DNA of 63,798 bases, filler included, from Dirinaria sp. TL-2023a (Eukaryota): assembly GCA_051941275.1 (NCBI GenBank). It is 32 parts of 32 records of this genome, joined end to end, with 100 filler letters (N's around TTAATTAATTAA, not from the genome) between each part and the next. Parts side by side here need not be neighbours in the genome. Positions count along the whole stretch, not along the records: positions 1 to 1,936 come from JAVEBF010002465.1; positions 2,037 to 3,971 come from JAVEBF010002466.1; positions 4,072 to 6,003 come from JAVEBF010002467.1; positions 6,104 to 8,031 come from JAVEBF010002468.1; positions 8,132 to 10,051 come from JAVEBF010002469.1; positions 10,152 to 12,066 come from JAVEBF010002470.1; positions 12,167 to 14,080 come from JAVEBF010002471.1; 25 more parts are not named here. One strand, given 5' to 3'. The position numbers were made by a program, and so were the translations under genes. Below the pieces are notes generated by a model. It searched no databases, was not told the DNA's origin, and saw nothing but the letters and a program-made list of their open reading frames with translations. This document shows positions 1-12,330 of the stretch, piece by piece; the first letter of the stretch is position 1, and each line of letters starts with the position of its first letter.

Positions 1-657
1 GGATGCGGATTGTGGTGGTTGGGGGGAAGGTTGGGGTGTTGAAGTGGAGAGTTCAGGGAGAGGAAGGTTGGGGAATATTAACATTTAATTTTTCGGATAT
101 TTTTATTTTTATTTTTTTTTTTTTTTTAGAAGCGGAGAGGGGGGAGATGGCTGGTACATACATACATACATACATACATACAGTAAGGTTAGTGGCTTGC
201 AGAGTCGATGATTCGTCAATGCAATGCACGATCCGGCACTTGCGATTCGGTGGAAACAACTGGGGGGATGAAGCGGGAGCGCGCACGGCCCGTTGGTACG
301 AATACTTGGCGCGTCTGAGGACGAAAGCTTGGAAGCTACAGTAGTGGCTCAGTAGCTTAAGTAGCTTAACCGGGGACTCGCCAATGGTGCCGGGCTCGCC
401 GGGCTACTACTACTAGCCTAGCCTACTTACCTCATCCCATGATCTCGGTAATTGGTACCGAAAGTAAATTTTTTTTTTTGGACGGCCAGACATATCGAAG
501 GGGTTGATGATATATCTGTTCCACGGTTCCAGAATTCGCGTGCGAAACCCGACCCTGTTTTTCCTGAGCTATACCTCGCGGAGCGCCAGTCCTTGAATTT
601 TCGAGGTTCAGGGATATAGGGCGCGGGCCCAAGTGGAAGGAAGGGGAAAGGGAAGAG

Positions 658-1936
658 ATGGCGCCAGCAGTGGTGCAGGCAGCGGCGAACGCTGGGTCGG
701 CAGCGAAGGAGTTCAAGAAAGAATCGCCGGCCGCGCGATTACTCGGCTCAGGTACGTTACCTACATTTGCGTACATATAACGATATACTTTATATCTTGC
801 CTCTGCTGCTGCTGCAATGTCTCACCTCCTGCGTGACTGACCACTTTGAACAGGCTCCGCTGGCATCGCTGAACTCGCCATCTTCCATCCCGTACGCCCC
901 CATTCACATACTCTTCCACTCGGACATTTTTTTTCTAAAGACCTGCGAATATAGGTCGACACAATAGCCAAGCGCCTCATGAGCAACCAGACAAGAGTAA
1001 CCTCTCCCTCTCCCTTTCCCTCAACCCCACTTTCCACGAAAAACCCCCTTCTTCGAACAAATCAAACTGAGAAAAGCAAACCAGGTAACATCCGCCAGCG
1101 CGCTAAACACCGTAATATTCAAATCCTACGCCACATCGCCCCTGGCCCAGAAATTCACCTCCCTGTTCCCGGGCCTCGGCTACGCGGCGGGTTACAAGAT
1201 CCTGCAGCGGATCTACAAATACGGCGGGCAACCCTTCGCGCGGGATTTCCTGGCGCTGCACTACGGGGACAACTTCGACCGGACGTTTGGGAAAGGGACG
1301 GGCAAAGCGATGCTGCACGCGACGGCGGGGAGTCTGATCGGGATCGGGGAGATCGTGCTGCTGCCGCTCGACGTGCTGAAGATCAAGCGGCAGACGAACC
1401 CGGAGGCGTTCCGGGGCCGCGGGGTCGTGAGGATCGTGGCGGACGAAGGGTGGGGGCTGTATAGAGGGGCTGGGTGGACGGCGGCGAGGAATGCGCCTGG
1501 AAGTTTTGCCGTATGTAGCCATTTCCCCTTTCCCCCCCCAACCACAAAAAAAACCGTAAAACCCCCCGTTTCCTAATCATTTGTATAACAAACAATCCCA
1601 GCTCTTCGGCGGCTCCGCCTTCGCCAAAGAATACCTCTACTCCCTGACGGACTACAACACGGCGTCGTACCTGCAGAACTTCGTCGCCTCGGTCGCGGGC
1701 GCGTCCGCCTCCCTCATCGTCTCCGCGCCCCTCGACGTCATCAAGACCCGCATCCAGAACCGCAACTTCGACAACCCGGAATCCGGGTTCCGCATCATCG
1801 GCAGCATGTTGCGAAATGAAGGGCTGACCAGTTTTTTCAAGGGGCTGACCCCGAAACTGCTCATGACGGGGCCGAAGCTCGTGTTCAGTTTTTGGCTGGC
1901 GCAGACGCTGATCCCGGCTTTTGGGAAGGTTGTTTG
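658..1936 (+). CDS. GGC1: Mitochondrial GTP/GDP carrier (SLC25 family), 5 exons: 658-751, 854-891, 955-996, 1085-1510, 1602-1936; stop cut by contig end
   Basis: Spliced translation KESPAARLLGSGSAGIAELAIFHPVDTIAKRLMSN...SLFPGLGYAAGYKILQRIYKYGGQP...PLDVLKIKRQ...PLDVIKTRIQ...GLTPKLLMTGPKLVFSF has three Px[DE]xx[KR] carrier motifs and resembles Ggc1/Yhm1; all introns are GT..AG. Confidence 0.92.
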
Positions 1937-2036
1937 NNNNNNNNNNNNNNNNNNNNNNNNNNNNNNNNNNNNNNNNNNNNTTAATTAATTAANNNNNNNN
2001 NNNNNNNNNNNNNNNNNNNNNNNNNNNNNNNNNNNN
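1937..2036. other. Artificial contig-joining spacer (44 N + TTAATTAATTAA + 44 N); first of 31 identical spacers
   Basis: The same 100-bp structure recurs every ~2 kb; the 12-mer gives stops in all six frames; segment lengths fall monotonically from 1936 to 1866 bp. Confidence 0.98.
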
Positions 2037-4071
2037 GGGTTGGATGGAGCGTTTGTGGGGGATGTGTGTAGGGTTGTTGGGATGTATTGGCTGGTTTTGG
2101 AGGGGGGGTTGTGATTGATTAAAGAGCGAGAATTGCAGTCCATGGAGAAACCCCCGATCGAAGGAGAGAAAAACCAGTTGTCGAATTTGGGGTTTGAGTA
2201 GTAGTTTTTTTTTTTTTTTTCTTTTTTTTTTTTCGGTTTTTTGGGAATTTGAGCACAACATGTGTGAGAGAGAGTTGAAAGAGCGCAGAGTGAATGAATA
2301 TCTACCTACGTATTCATAAAGAAGATGTATTGTTAGTTGGATAGGTAGGACCCATTCTTTGCTAGGTTTTGTATGCATACATGGGATGGGATGGGATGGG
2401 ATGTTGGTTGAGTAAGGTAGGTAAGATCTTACCTTATTTAAGCAGGGTGGCGGTTTAGATTGCGTACTTTACTTTCTCCTGAATCAGGCTGGAAAAGGGT
2501 ATTTTTCTTGGGAATTTTTAACGATGGGGGAGAGAGCTACTAGTAGAAGGAGAGTGTAAGATTCAGTAGAAAAAATGCGGTTAGCAATTGGTCTGAGGTA
2601 CGAGTACTCAGAGGATACTAGGTAACTTGTGTTCTGGCTTGCTTGGAGTCATAAGTCCCAAAAAAAAAAAAAAAAAAAAAAAAAGGGGAAAAAACCCCTT
2701 GATGCGATTGGGGCGAAAGGCTGATGGTTTTAGGGAAGTATAAAAATTTCATGATTCTGAGAGATGACCTTGATGTTGCAGGGTTTTGTTTAGGGGCTAG
2801 GGGTTGCAGTTGGAGAGTTGGTTACGAAATTGACTGATTCACTATTCGAGAGGTGAAAGAGAATCTAAAACCATCCAGTCACAGCCTCTTGATAAGCCCA
2901 GATGCGAGGTTATCGGTACTGGCTATCTACTTCCGAGATGAAGCCAGTTATATTGCCCGAGTCATGGCCCAGTTGAAAGCCTGAATTGGTTTTTCCAGGA
3001 AAAAGTTGTGTTGGACGAGTGAGTGGCATTCGCTCGATTGATATATATGGCATCTGCAGCGCCATACTATGCGGGATCAGGATGGGAACATATAACAGAA
3101 TTGGCGCGCTCATTGATGTTCTCAAGATTGCTGACTGCATCCACGAGAGCCTGATTGACGTGGTAACCTAGCTAATAGTCGAATTGAATTCTGTTCATAC
3201 GTTTGCAGAGTCGAGGGCCCCAAAGCTGTGCGCTACTAAGATGGTTGGCCGTGTCGTCTGTATATCAAATGTTCAGTTCCGAGTGTAGCGTGATTACGAC
3301 CAAGTCAGACGTGGAAGCCTATCGCATCTATCTTTGATCCGTTTTTTTAAGTTGCTGCAGAAGATGATTTGAATGTGTGTTCATTCAGTTCTCAGAAGGT
3401 CAGGCCCAAATGTAGGCCACATTGGCGTTGTAGCCGAAAGTCACAATGCGAGCCTTTTGCAGTATCGGCAGGAAGTAGATCTTTTGGCTAGAACAGTGGT
3501 CCAAGTCCTGAATCTCGTGTCCAATGTCCATGTCCCGGTGTGACCGCATGCAAGCTATAAATCAAAATAATGCTGTGCTGCTCTCAGCGCAGGATTTTTC
3601 ATCAGACATATCCGAGGGTATGTATCTATTCAATGGTGGCATTAGCTTAGTTCCAGCAGTGCGTGTTTCTCGACTTTCTTAGAGTTGCAGTAGCAGTGTA
3701 AACACCAAAAATTAGTACCTCTTCGTTAGCTTCTCACTAGTGTGTCAGGCATCAAATTTAGGCGAGCCAAAAGCGCTAAGAGCCAGAAAGCGCTAACTTA
3801 AAAAACCTTAGCTCCCTCGGTCCTTAGGTTCCAGCGACTCGAGCGATCAAGCAGTTCTCAAGCTGCATTTCACGACAAGGCTGAGGATGTGTGGGTAGTT
3901 TCTGCTTCGTCCAATACCATCGTCCTCTCCGAATGAATCGCTATGAGCCCGGCAATATGCCGTCTGAGACCNNNNNNNNNNNNNNNNNNNNNNNNNNNNN
4001 NNNNNNNNNNNNNNNTTAATTAATTAANNNNNNNNNNNNNNNNNNNNNNNNNNNNNNNNNNNNNNNNNNNN

Positions 4072-5834
4072 TCTATTCCTGCAACAGGATTTCAGCTCGA
4101 GGACCACCCCATAGACGAGAGACGAAAACTAAAAGTCATTGTGATTGGTGCAGGATTGTCGGGTATTCTTGCTGGCATTCTTCTACCGATAAAAGTCCCT
4201 GGAATCGAATTGACAATCCTTGAAAAGAACGCTGATGTCGTAAGTCTGCTCGGAGCTACATCACAGATATAGGTGTGACTCACAAGTACCGATTGGATGT
4301 CTATTAGGGTGGTACATGGTTCGAGAACATCTATCCGGGAGTCCGTTGTGATATACCAGCGCTTGTATACCAAAGTACTTTTGCGTCAAACAATAAATGG
4401 ACGGAGGAATTTGCTCGAGGTGCCGAGATAAGAAATTACTGGCAGAACTTGGCTCGAAAGTATGATGTCTACCGCTTTTTGAAGGCAGGGCGTCGGGTTG
4501 AAAAATTGGAATGGGATGACGCTGGCTCCTTGTGGCATGTAACCGTCCGTGACGTTAAATCTTCCGAGATCTCTCACGAAACCGCAGACTTTGTGGTGAA
4601 AGCAATAGGCCGTTTCAACGCTTGGAGATTACCGCAGATCCCTGGAATAGAGGATTACCAAGGCTTGGTTCGACATACCTCGAATTGGGATGCCAACTTC
4701 GAGGCAGCCGACAAAAATGTCGCTGTGATAGGCAATGGAGCGAGTGGCATTCAAGTAGTTCCCGAATTACAGAAGGTCGCTCGTCATGTTGACCACTACG
4801 CCCGAAGCAAGACTTGGATCGCCAGCTCGTTTGGAGGAGATGAGCGAACCACTTCGCCTAAGGCTCTCGATCCCGAAATATTCCGATCTCAAGAAGCTCT
4901 CTTAGAAGCGAGAAAAAAAGTCGAAGGAAAATATTGGCGGAGATTCCACTCACAAATTCGAGGGTCTGAGGCAAACAATCAGCTGCGGGAGGATATCATC
5001 CAGCTTATGACGAAGCGCTTGCAACGAAAGCCTGAGCTCATCGAGAACCTCCTTCCAGATTTCTCTCCAAACTGTCGTCGACTGACCCCTGGGCCCGGGT
5101 ACCTGGAAGCTCTCTGCGCCGAAAACGTAGATTACATCCAAACACCCATTAAAAGGTTCACTGCTCGTGGCCTGGAAACGGTCGATGGCAAAGTCCGAGA
5201 AGTTGACGCAGTATTTTGCGCCACTGGTGCGAACACAGACTTGGTTCCCCCTTTCCCTATACTCTCCCGTGGTCTCGATCTTCAAGAGGCCTGGAAGCCT
5301 TCGGGGAAATTTGGCTTCCCCTACACTTACTTGGGCCTCGCAACCCCCGGTTTTCCCAATCTACTGTTCATCGGAACCGCCCACCTCAACGGTGCTTCGG
5401 GTACCCTTCCCCATGGAGTCGAGATCCAGATCACCTACTATGCCAATCTTCTGCGCAACGCGTCGTCTCAGCACATCAAAGCTATGGAACCTCTGCCGGA
5501 AGCCGCGAACGACTTCCTGGCTTACTCCGACGCCTTCTTCGCTACCACCGTGTTGACCGACAACTGCAGCTCATGGGCCAATGGTGGACGTCCCGGCGGC
5601 CGAGTTCACGGGTTATGGCCCGGTAGTGCTGCGCATTGCACGCTCGTACGGCGAGAACCGAGATGGGAGGATTGGAAGTATGAGTATCACGCTAAAAGTG
5701 GAAATCGGTTCGCGTACTTTGGGAACGGGTGGACGGAGAGAGAGCAGGACCCAGAGGCCGACATGACAGCATATCTGAAGTTGGAGGAAGACAATGATCT
5801 AAGATATATTCACGAGGAATGGTGCGATCTTTAA
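4072..5834 (+). CDS. Flavin-dependent (Baeyer-Villiger/FMO-like) monooxygenase, 5'-truncated; intron 4240-4307
   Basis: VIVIGAGLSG FAD-binding motif, GGTWFENIYPGVRCD, BVMO-like fingerprint YQGLVRHTSNW, second Rossmann motif IGNGASG, ATG motif (CATG); GTAAGT..TAG intron. Confidence 0.9.
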
Positions 5835-6103
5835 GACTTGATTCTAGCGGTGGTGTTTCTTTAACGGTCAATGCTGTTCTTCAATTTAAAAGAGTGCATT
5901 CGTCAATGATGGCTGAAAGTAACATTATCGACTTTTTGTAATCGAGTCTCAGAACGGATTCAGATGGAGCCACTGTACTATTGTTTGCGGTGGAGGAGTC
6001 CACNNNNNNNNNNNNNNNNNNNNNNNNNNNNNNNNNNNNNNNNNNNNTTAATTAATTAANNNNNNNNNNNNNNNNNNNNNNNNNNNNNNNNNNNNNNNNN
6101 NNN

Positions 6104-8031
6104 GTTCTCTCGTCTTTCATCGAAGCATTCGAATTACGATTGATGAAATATTTACAGTTTCATGAAATTCTTTCATCGACGTTTATGTCAATAGCTTTTT
6201 CAGTATTATTTTTATGAAACATCTTCATCAACAATTATGCTATAAGCAGCTACGAGAACTCTTTCGCAGACGTTTATGTCAATAGCTTTTTTAGTATCAA
6301 TCTCATGAAACTTTTTCATCAGCGTTTATACTATTATTATTTGCTTATTTGGTCGCAGATATCATAGATCATTCTTTCGAGAACTTAATTCTCTCTGTTG
6401 TATGAGAGACATCGTGACTTTTCGCACTGAGATGTTTTTTCGATTAGTTAGCATTTTGTCTTATCATAAAATGTTAAATATTCACGTATGCTAGCTAAAT
6501 TCTGAACTTTATAATCACATGAAAATAACTGTGTTTCGTTTCGATTTCTGACGAGTTGCTCATCTAAAAAAAAGGAATGTTCGTGACTCTTTACATATTC
6601 GATTGCATTCAAGAACACTGACTAAACTCTTCAATCAATTTCATGTTTTCTGAATTTCACACACGTAAAACATGATCAATGAACGTCGTTCGATTTCGTT
6701 TTTTTTAAATTCGCTCTTCAACTCTTTTCACAAAATGACGTCTCTGTCTTCTGTTACATCAGATGTCTCGTTCTCTCAGACGAACGAATTCGATTTATCA
6801 GTTTTCGAAATTGCTATATTTGACATTTCTCTAAATTTCGAAAATGAGTCTCAAGTCTCATGAGATGAATTCAATGACTGAGAAAAAGTTCATGCAGTCA
6901 ATTCGAATTAAGTGCACAATTTTTTGCAAAAAATCAAACGTCGTTTTTTCTCAATCTCGCTTTTTTCAGACGTCGTCGCGTCTGTCGTTTCGATCTCGAT
7001 TTTTATTTTCATTCTCGATGCGTCGTTCACTACATCATTCACGTTAGAATTCGTTCAATTCTTTATGTTATTAAGAGAGACATCAGATAGAAAAAGAATT
7101 ATACAGCTGAAAAAGAAAAACGCGACTCTAAAAAAAGAATTGAAAAAGTTAAAAACACATGTTACAAGTTATGAGATCGACGAAAAGATATTTTTACGAA
7201 TTCTAGATTTAAAACAAGAAAATGCAACTCTGAAAAAGAACAACAAGACGTTGAACATCAAGCTCGTCGTCGCAGAGAAGAAGATGCGAAATTCAATCAT
7301 ATTGTCAGAGAATGTTTGAGAATCATAAAAATAAATACATTATCATAAACACTTAGTTTACATTCAACAAAAGCTCTCTTACATACGTGTATAGCGAAAA
7401 TAGTATCTAATATTTCAGAATCGATCAACTCAGTAATAATAAAGAATCAACGAATTCAGCCGCGATAAACAGTGAAGCAAAGAATAAACATGACAGTGTG
7501 ATCGTAACTTATCTCATTTGATCTGATATCTCTCATATCTTAACAATTTATATAGTATTGCATTCTATACATTTGATCATTCAATTTAAAATGACATCGA
7601 ACAGATCACGTTCAAACTCGTCTGATTCGTTATAAACTGAAAATATTAAATCTCTCTCTCAGCGTCGACGTCATATTTTCATCGAGAGTGTTTTTTCTTT
7701 CACTCTCGTCGTTTCACTTGTCTCTATCGTCTCTGTCGATCATGTCGTCTCTGTCGATTCTGTCGTCTCTGTCGCTTTTATTGATTCTCTCGAGTCTTTC
7801 GATCAAATACGACTTGAATCGTGCAATTTCATCGCGCGTGTGTTGACAATGTTCAGCGAGTAAATGACTGCGTTCATTTTTTAAATGTCGTAACTAGATG
7901 AAATGTAACATCACGAACATCTTTGACTCTGAGATCGTGAAAATCATCGTCAGCTCTCATGCGTTTCGACACGCTCGTACATTTAAGTTTTTAACATCGA
8001 AGTTCTTTTTCGTCGTCTCTCAATTATCATC
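6104..8031. mobile_element. Heavily hypermutated (RIP-like) repeat relic, probably LTR-retrotransposon derived
   Basis: AT-rich; only about three CC/GG dinucleotides in 1.9 kb by manual scan while CG and CA persist; degenerate coiled-coil ORF 6912-7319; possible TG..CA LTR at ~7303-7545 followed by a decayed gag-like frame. Confidence 0.6.
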
Positions 8032-8321
8032 NNNNNNNNNNNNNNNNNNNNNNNNNNNNNNNNNNNNNNNNNNNNTTAATTAATTAANNNNNNNNNNNNN
8101 NNNNNNNNNNNNNNNNNNNNNNNNNNNNNNNACATACTCTCGTCATCGTATTGAGAAAAAATTTCGACATTGATGTGATTTGAGAAATCAATTTTTAAAA
8201 TTATTTTTCGTGTGCGATCAAAATATTTAAATACAAAAATCGTAATGATTGTTTATTTCAATTGAGTGAACGTTTTTTGACATGTTTTATTTTAATTAAA
8301 TATGATATTTTTTGAGTCAAT

Positions 8322-8787
8322 TGTGAGGTGAAGGGCCTCGTTTAGAGGAGCTGCGTAGTAGAAGCGAAGCTGCAGACGAGGCACAGACACACCGCGTGAA
8401 CGCGGACGACGATTCTTGCTAATGAGTGAGAGGAACAAAGAAGCAGATTGCTTTTATTGCTAAGACTAATAACTGAGAAGATCAAAAGAAGTGAGCGACT
8501 CGTTTCTATCTTCAAATACGCTCGCTTTCTCTTTGTTATCTTGACTCCTAAATCCGACCTCGCGCTAGACTCTATCGAAACGCTTTAGACGAGATTGACG
8601 TGGCTCTAACTCGCGCTTCAATAGCAAGCGAGATCAGTTATCACGAGAACTACAGACGAGGTTGGCGTGACTCTAACTCGCGCTTCAATGACAAGCGAGA
8701 TCAGTTATCACGAGAACTATCTTGTCTTTCAAGCAGACGAGGCTTCGTGCGACGCTTCTGAGATCAAATTTCTCTAAAGTCGTCACA
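8322..8787 (-). mobile_element. 3' LTR (466 bp) of an LTR retrotransposon in minus orientation, with polypurine tract at 8788-8802
   Basis: TGTGA...TCACA inverted termini; the adjacent ACTATTTCTCTCTTC reads GAAGAGAGAAATAGT on the minus strand; internal 67-bp tandem duplication 8587-8719; remainder of the contig is CC/GG-depleted. Confidence 0.7.
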
Positions 8788-10151
8788 ACTATTTCTCTCT
8801 TCGAAGAATTCGACTCGAATTCTTATATTGACATATGATTAATCTCGCGCGATGAGATATCAGCGCTGATCATATAATTCAAAGCGAAATCGAATCACTT
8901 TGATTTTTTCGAGAGCGAGACAAAAGCGTTTTTGACGACACGAATAATTTGATGAAATTGAATTTCAAAAAATAATTTCTCTGATCAAAAGAGCAGTCTT
9001 TTATAAATCGATTAATTGATATTCACTCTGACTCAGATGATCTTGAAATTCTCGTTGATTGCAACTGCTTTGCGATGATCGTGTTATTGTTGATGCGACA
9101 ATAGAATAACAAGATGCTCATATAATCTTAGTAAACATAGATGACAATAACAAATGATAATTCTGAACTAAACAACAGTAAATAATGATCGTGTCAAAGA
9201 TAAATTTCATGAAGATGAGATATCAGATTGATATCGATAGTATGATACAATAGATTCATGGCGCGTTTTTTTTTGACGCGTTGAGCAGATGACAGTAAAT
9301 ATTATTTAAACGTTTCTCTGATCTGCGTCTTCTTTTTCTTCTTTTTCTTTTTTCTTTTTCACCTTCATGTATCAAGGCAAATCGTAAGTATATCCTCATC
9401 ATCTTCGCTGCTAGACTCTTGCTTCGTTGTTTACTATATCATTATCACTTCTTCATCGCACTGCGATTTAAACTCAGATGCAAATACTTTCTAAAGATCG
9501 TTGCCGAGACGCAGTGACCCTCAAATCGATGACAAGAACGATCGTTTCAACGCGTTTAAAAGCTGCTGAGTACCCTGACTAACATGACTGTTGAACTCGA
9601 TATAGATATCATTATGATAAGTGCTTATCATTTGCGAGACGCATCGTCGTCATGCGGTCTCTCTGACTGTTAAAAACATCGCTGACTGTGATACAGACTT
9701 CATCGCGCGCTCGTGACCCTCGCGAGCGTTTCGTCTCTGTCTTCGTCGTCGCGTTCTCGTCTTCTTCTCTCGTCTTCTCGTTCTCTCAACTTACGAGCGT
9801 CATGCTCGTCATTTCGACTAATTCTGCTTTCTCGTCGTCGAGAGCGATGAGTGTGACGATTCTCTCTCTCGATTTCTCGTCATCACGAATGTCGATGTTT
9901 GTCGCAGATAAATATTTAAAACACACTGAGAAGAAGTTGAGCTAACATGATGTTATAGCCGATGAGAAATCTCTCATCTAATGTCGACGATGTGTAACGA
10001 AATTTACGATCGATCGTCGTCATCGATGTGTTGCTTCGTCTGACGCTCGTCNNNNNNNNNNNNNNNNNNNNNNNNNNNNNNNNNNNNNNNNNNNNTTAAT
10101 TAATTAANNNNNNNNNNNNNNNNNNNNNNNNNNNNNNNNNNNNNNNNNNNN

Positions 10152-11910
10152 AGTTGTGTTAGATGTTATACTGCTAGGCTCAAATAGCGGTCTAGAAGCT
10201 GTTTTGCTACACTAGAATGAAGACTTGTCAGCCTAGCACGACATCTCGAAGAAGAGTGACTTACGAGACACGACTTCTTATATCAAGCTCTCAACCCGAT
10301 CGAGATGTCTATTATTGAGACTGAAAGATCTGTATCAGGAATATTCTTGTCCGAATCCTTACTCTTATCAGTTTTCTTATTCTTATCATTTTATTGCCGA
10401 TATGGCTCCCATTGTCTTGGCTTCTTTCAATCACAAAACTGAAGATTTGTCAGTTCAGCACAACACCTCAGAAAGCAAGACTCACAAGACGACTTCTTAT
10501 TGTCGGCTCTCAAGTCGATTGACTTGCCTGCTATCGAGGCTGGAAGATCTGTATCGAAGCATCCTTTTCAAAATCTTTACTCTTATCACTTTTCTTATTC
10601 TTATCATTTTCTTGCCGATATGACTCTCATTGTCTTGGCTTCTTTCAATCACAAAACTGAAGACTTGTCCGCTTAGTACAGAATCTCCGAAAAGCAGGAC
10701 TTACGGGAGAGCCTCTTGAACTGGGCTCTCGGCTCGATCAAGATGTCTATAGTTGATACTAAAGCATTTTTCACAAGAGTTATCGTTGTTTTCATACTTG
10801 TTTCTATTCTGATTCTCGCTTTTATCGTTCTTGTTATTCTTGTCATTCTTCTTGCAGATTTAGTTTATATCGTCTCCCTTTTGTATCCTCTAGGCTGAAG
10901 CTTTATCAGCTCAGCCAGACATCTTGGAAAAGCAAGACCTGGAAGCTGTCTTCTTGTAATAAGCCTCCAAGTCGATCGAGCTGTCTCTTATAGATGCTGG
11001 AGAATGTGCATCAGATTCATCCTTGTCACTATTCTTGTTCTTATCACTTCTCTTGTCCTCCTCGTCGATTTTGTTTTTACCGCCTGCTTTATTTATTAAC
11101 TAGATTGAGGATCTGTCAGTCTAGCACAACATGTAAGAAAAGAAAGACTTACGAGACGATTGCTTATATCTAAACTCTCAACCCAATCAGGGTTTCTGTC
11201 ATCGATGCGGGAGGGATCGGATTAGTATTATCCTTGTGAGTGTCATTGCTCTTATATTGTTACTTCTTCTTACAACCCTTGTTTCAGGTTGGGTTCTTGT
11301 GTCTTTCTTGCTTAGCCCGATGATTCTACTGGACTGGAGTGGAGACTTCCGTAGATCTAGGTTCGAAGTACTAGCCACAGACGCTGCAGCAATCGGACAC
11401 TGGTTGGTGGTCATGATCACCATCTTAGATGTGATCACTAGGCCCGCATACCGTGTCGACGACAGGAACTTAGAAGACGATCAATGGTAATGGTAGAACC
11501 GTGCAAGAAACGCCATGTTGACGACTACCGGTGCCTAGGAAACCATGCACGCCTTTGCAGAAGAAGTTTGGCAGATCCAAAGAGGTGCAGCGATGCGGTC
11601 TTAAAGTCCTTGTTGCCGAACTGGTTTTATGGTCTTTCTTGTCTATGCATTAGACTGAACACTCGTCAGCCTCGCACAACGACTCATAAATGCAAGACTT
11701 ACAAGATGGCTCCTTATTAAGCTCTCAAGCCGGTCGAGGTGTCTATCATCCATGCTTGAGCATCTGGATCAGGATTGTCCTGGAAGGCAATGACACCTCG
11801 CTATTCTGGCTTTGTATAGACTTAGAACGGATCCCCCTTCCCTAGCACGAACCTGTTAGTATAGCCTACAGTAAATTTAATGTGTTGGAGTGTAGAGCTT
11901 CTTACCAACT
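10152..11910 (-). pseudogene. Degenerate gene made of ~6 tandem ~220-bp exon+intron modules
   Basis: Each unit carries a 47-48-nt minus-strand GTRAGT..CTGAC..CAG intron-like block (10217-10264, 10439-10485, 10657-10704, ~10895-10942, 11105-11152, 11655-11702); the exon parts are mutually similar and contain stops. Confidence 0.55.
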
Positions 11911-12166
11911 CATATTGTTGTCTCTCAGTGGAACTCTTTCGAACGAATCTTGATCGGATGCACTCGCCTATCGTCTTTCAAAAGTGCTGAAGATTTATTG
12001 GGAGTCAAGGTGAGGAATGTCGAGCAAACCGAAAGTCAAGATGGTGGATCTTGGGAATGTTGAGAANNNNNNNNNNNNNNNNNNNNNNNNNNNNNNNNNN
12101 NNNNNNNNNNTTAATTAATTAANNNNNNNNNNNNNNNNNNNNNNNNNNNNNNNNNNNNNNNNNNNN

Positions 12167-12330
12167 TTCTTTCGAATCACAAAAAAAGAACGAATTCGAA
12201 ATCGAAAAGATATTGAAACGAAGAGATCAAAAGTATCTTATTAAATGAAAAAAATGATTTACGAAGAATAACACGTGAGAATCATTTAGAAATCTTGCGA
12301 ATTGTCAAAGATTTCTGCGACAGTTTCGAC
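12167..12330 (+). mobile_element. Chromodomain at the integrase C-terminus of a Ty3/Gypsy chromovirus, inactivated
   Basis: NEFEIEKILKRRDQKYLIK*KK*FTKNNT*ESFRNLANCQRFLRQF matches the chromodomain pattern E-F-E-I-E-K-I-L...YLIKWKG...NTWEP..NL.NC; Trp codons are converted TGG->TGA. Confidence 0.8.

Noticed and set aside
156..182. (TACA)n tract and other microsatellites and homopolymers (e.g. GGGAT at ~2383-2402, CCTT at ~18000, GGCA at ~21795, poly-A at 42053-42091)
   Set aside because: Ordinary fungal intergenic simple repeats; several coincide with contig breaks.
6672..9945. Ser/Phe/Lys-rich ORFs in AT-rich contigs as novel genes
   Set aside because: They almost lack Pro, Gly and Trp, as expected for CC/GG-depleted mutated repeats; treated as relics.
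10200..11200. Periodic conserved blocks as a CRISPR-like repeat-spacer array
   Set aside because: The whole unit, including the inter-block sequence, is homologous and degenerate; the context is eukaryotic and the blocks look like introns.
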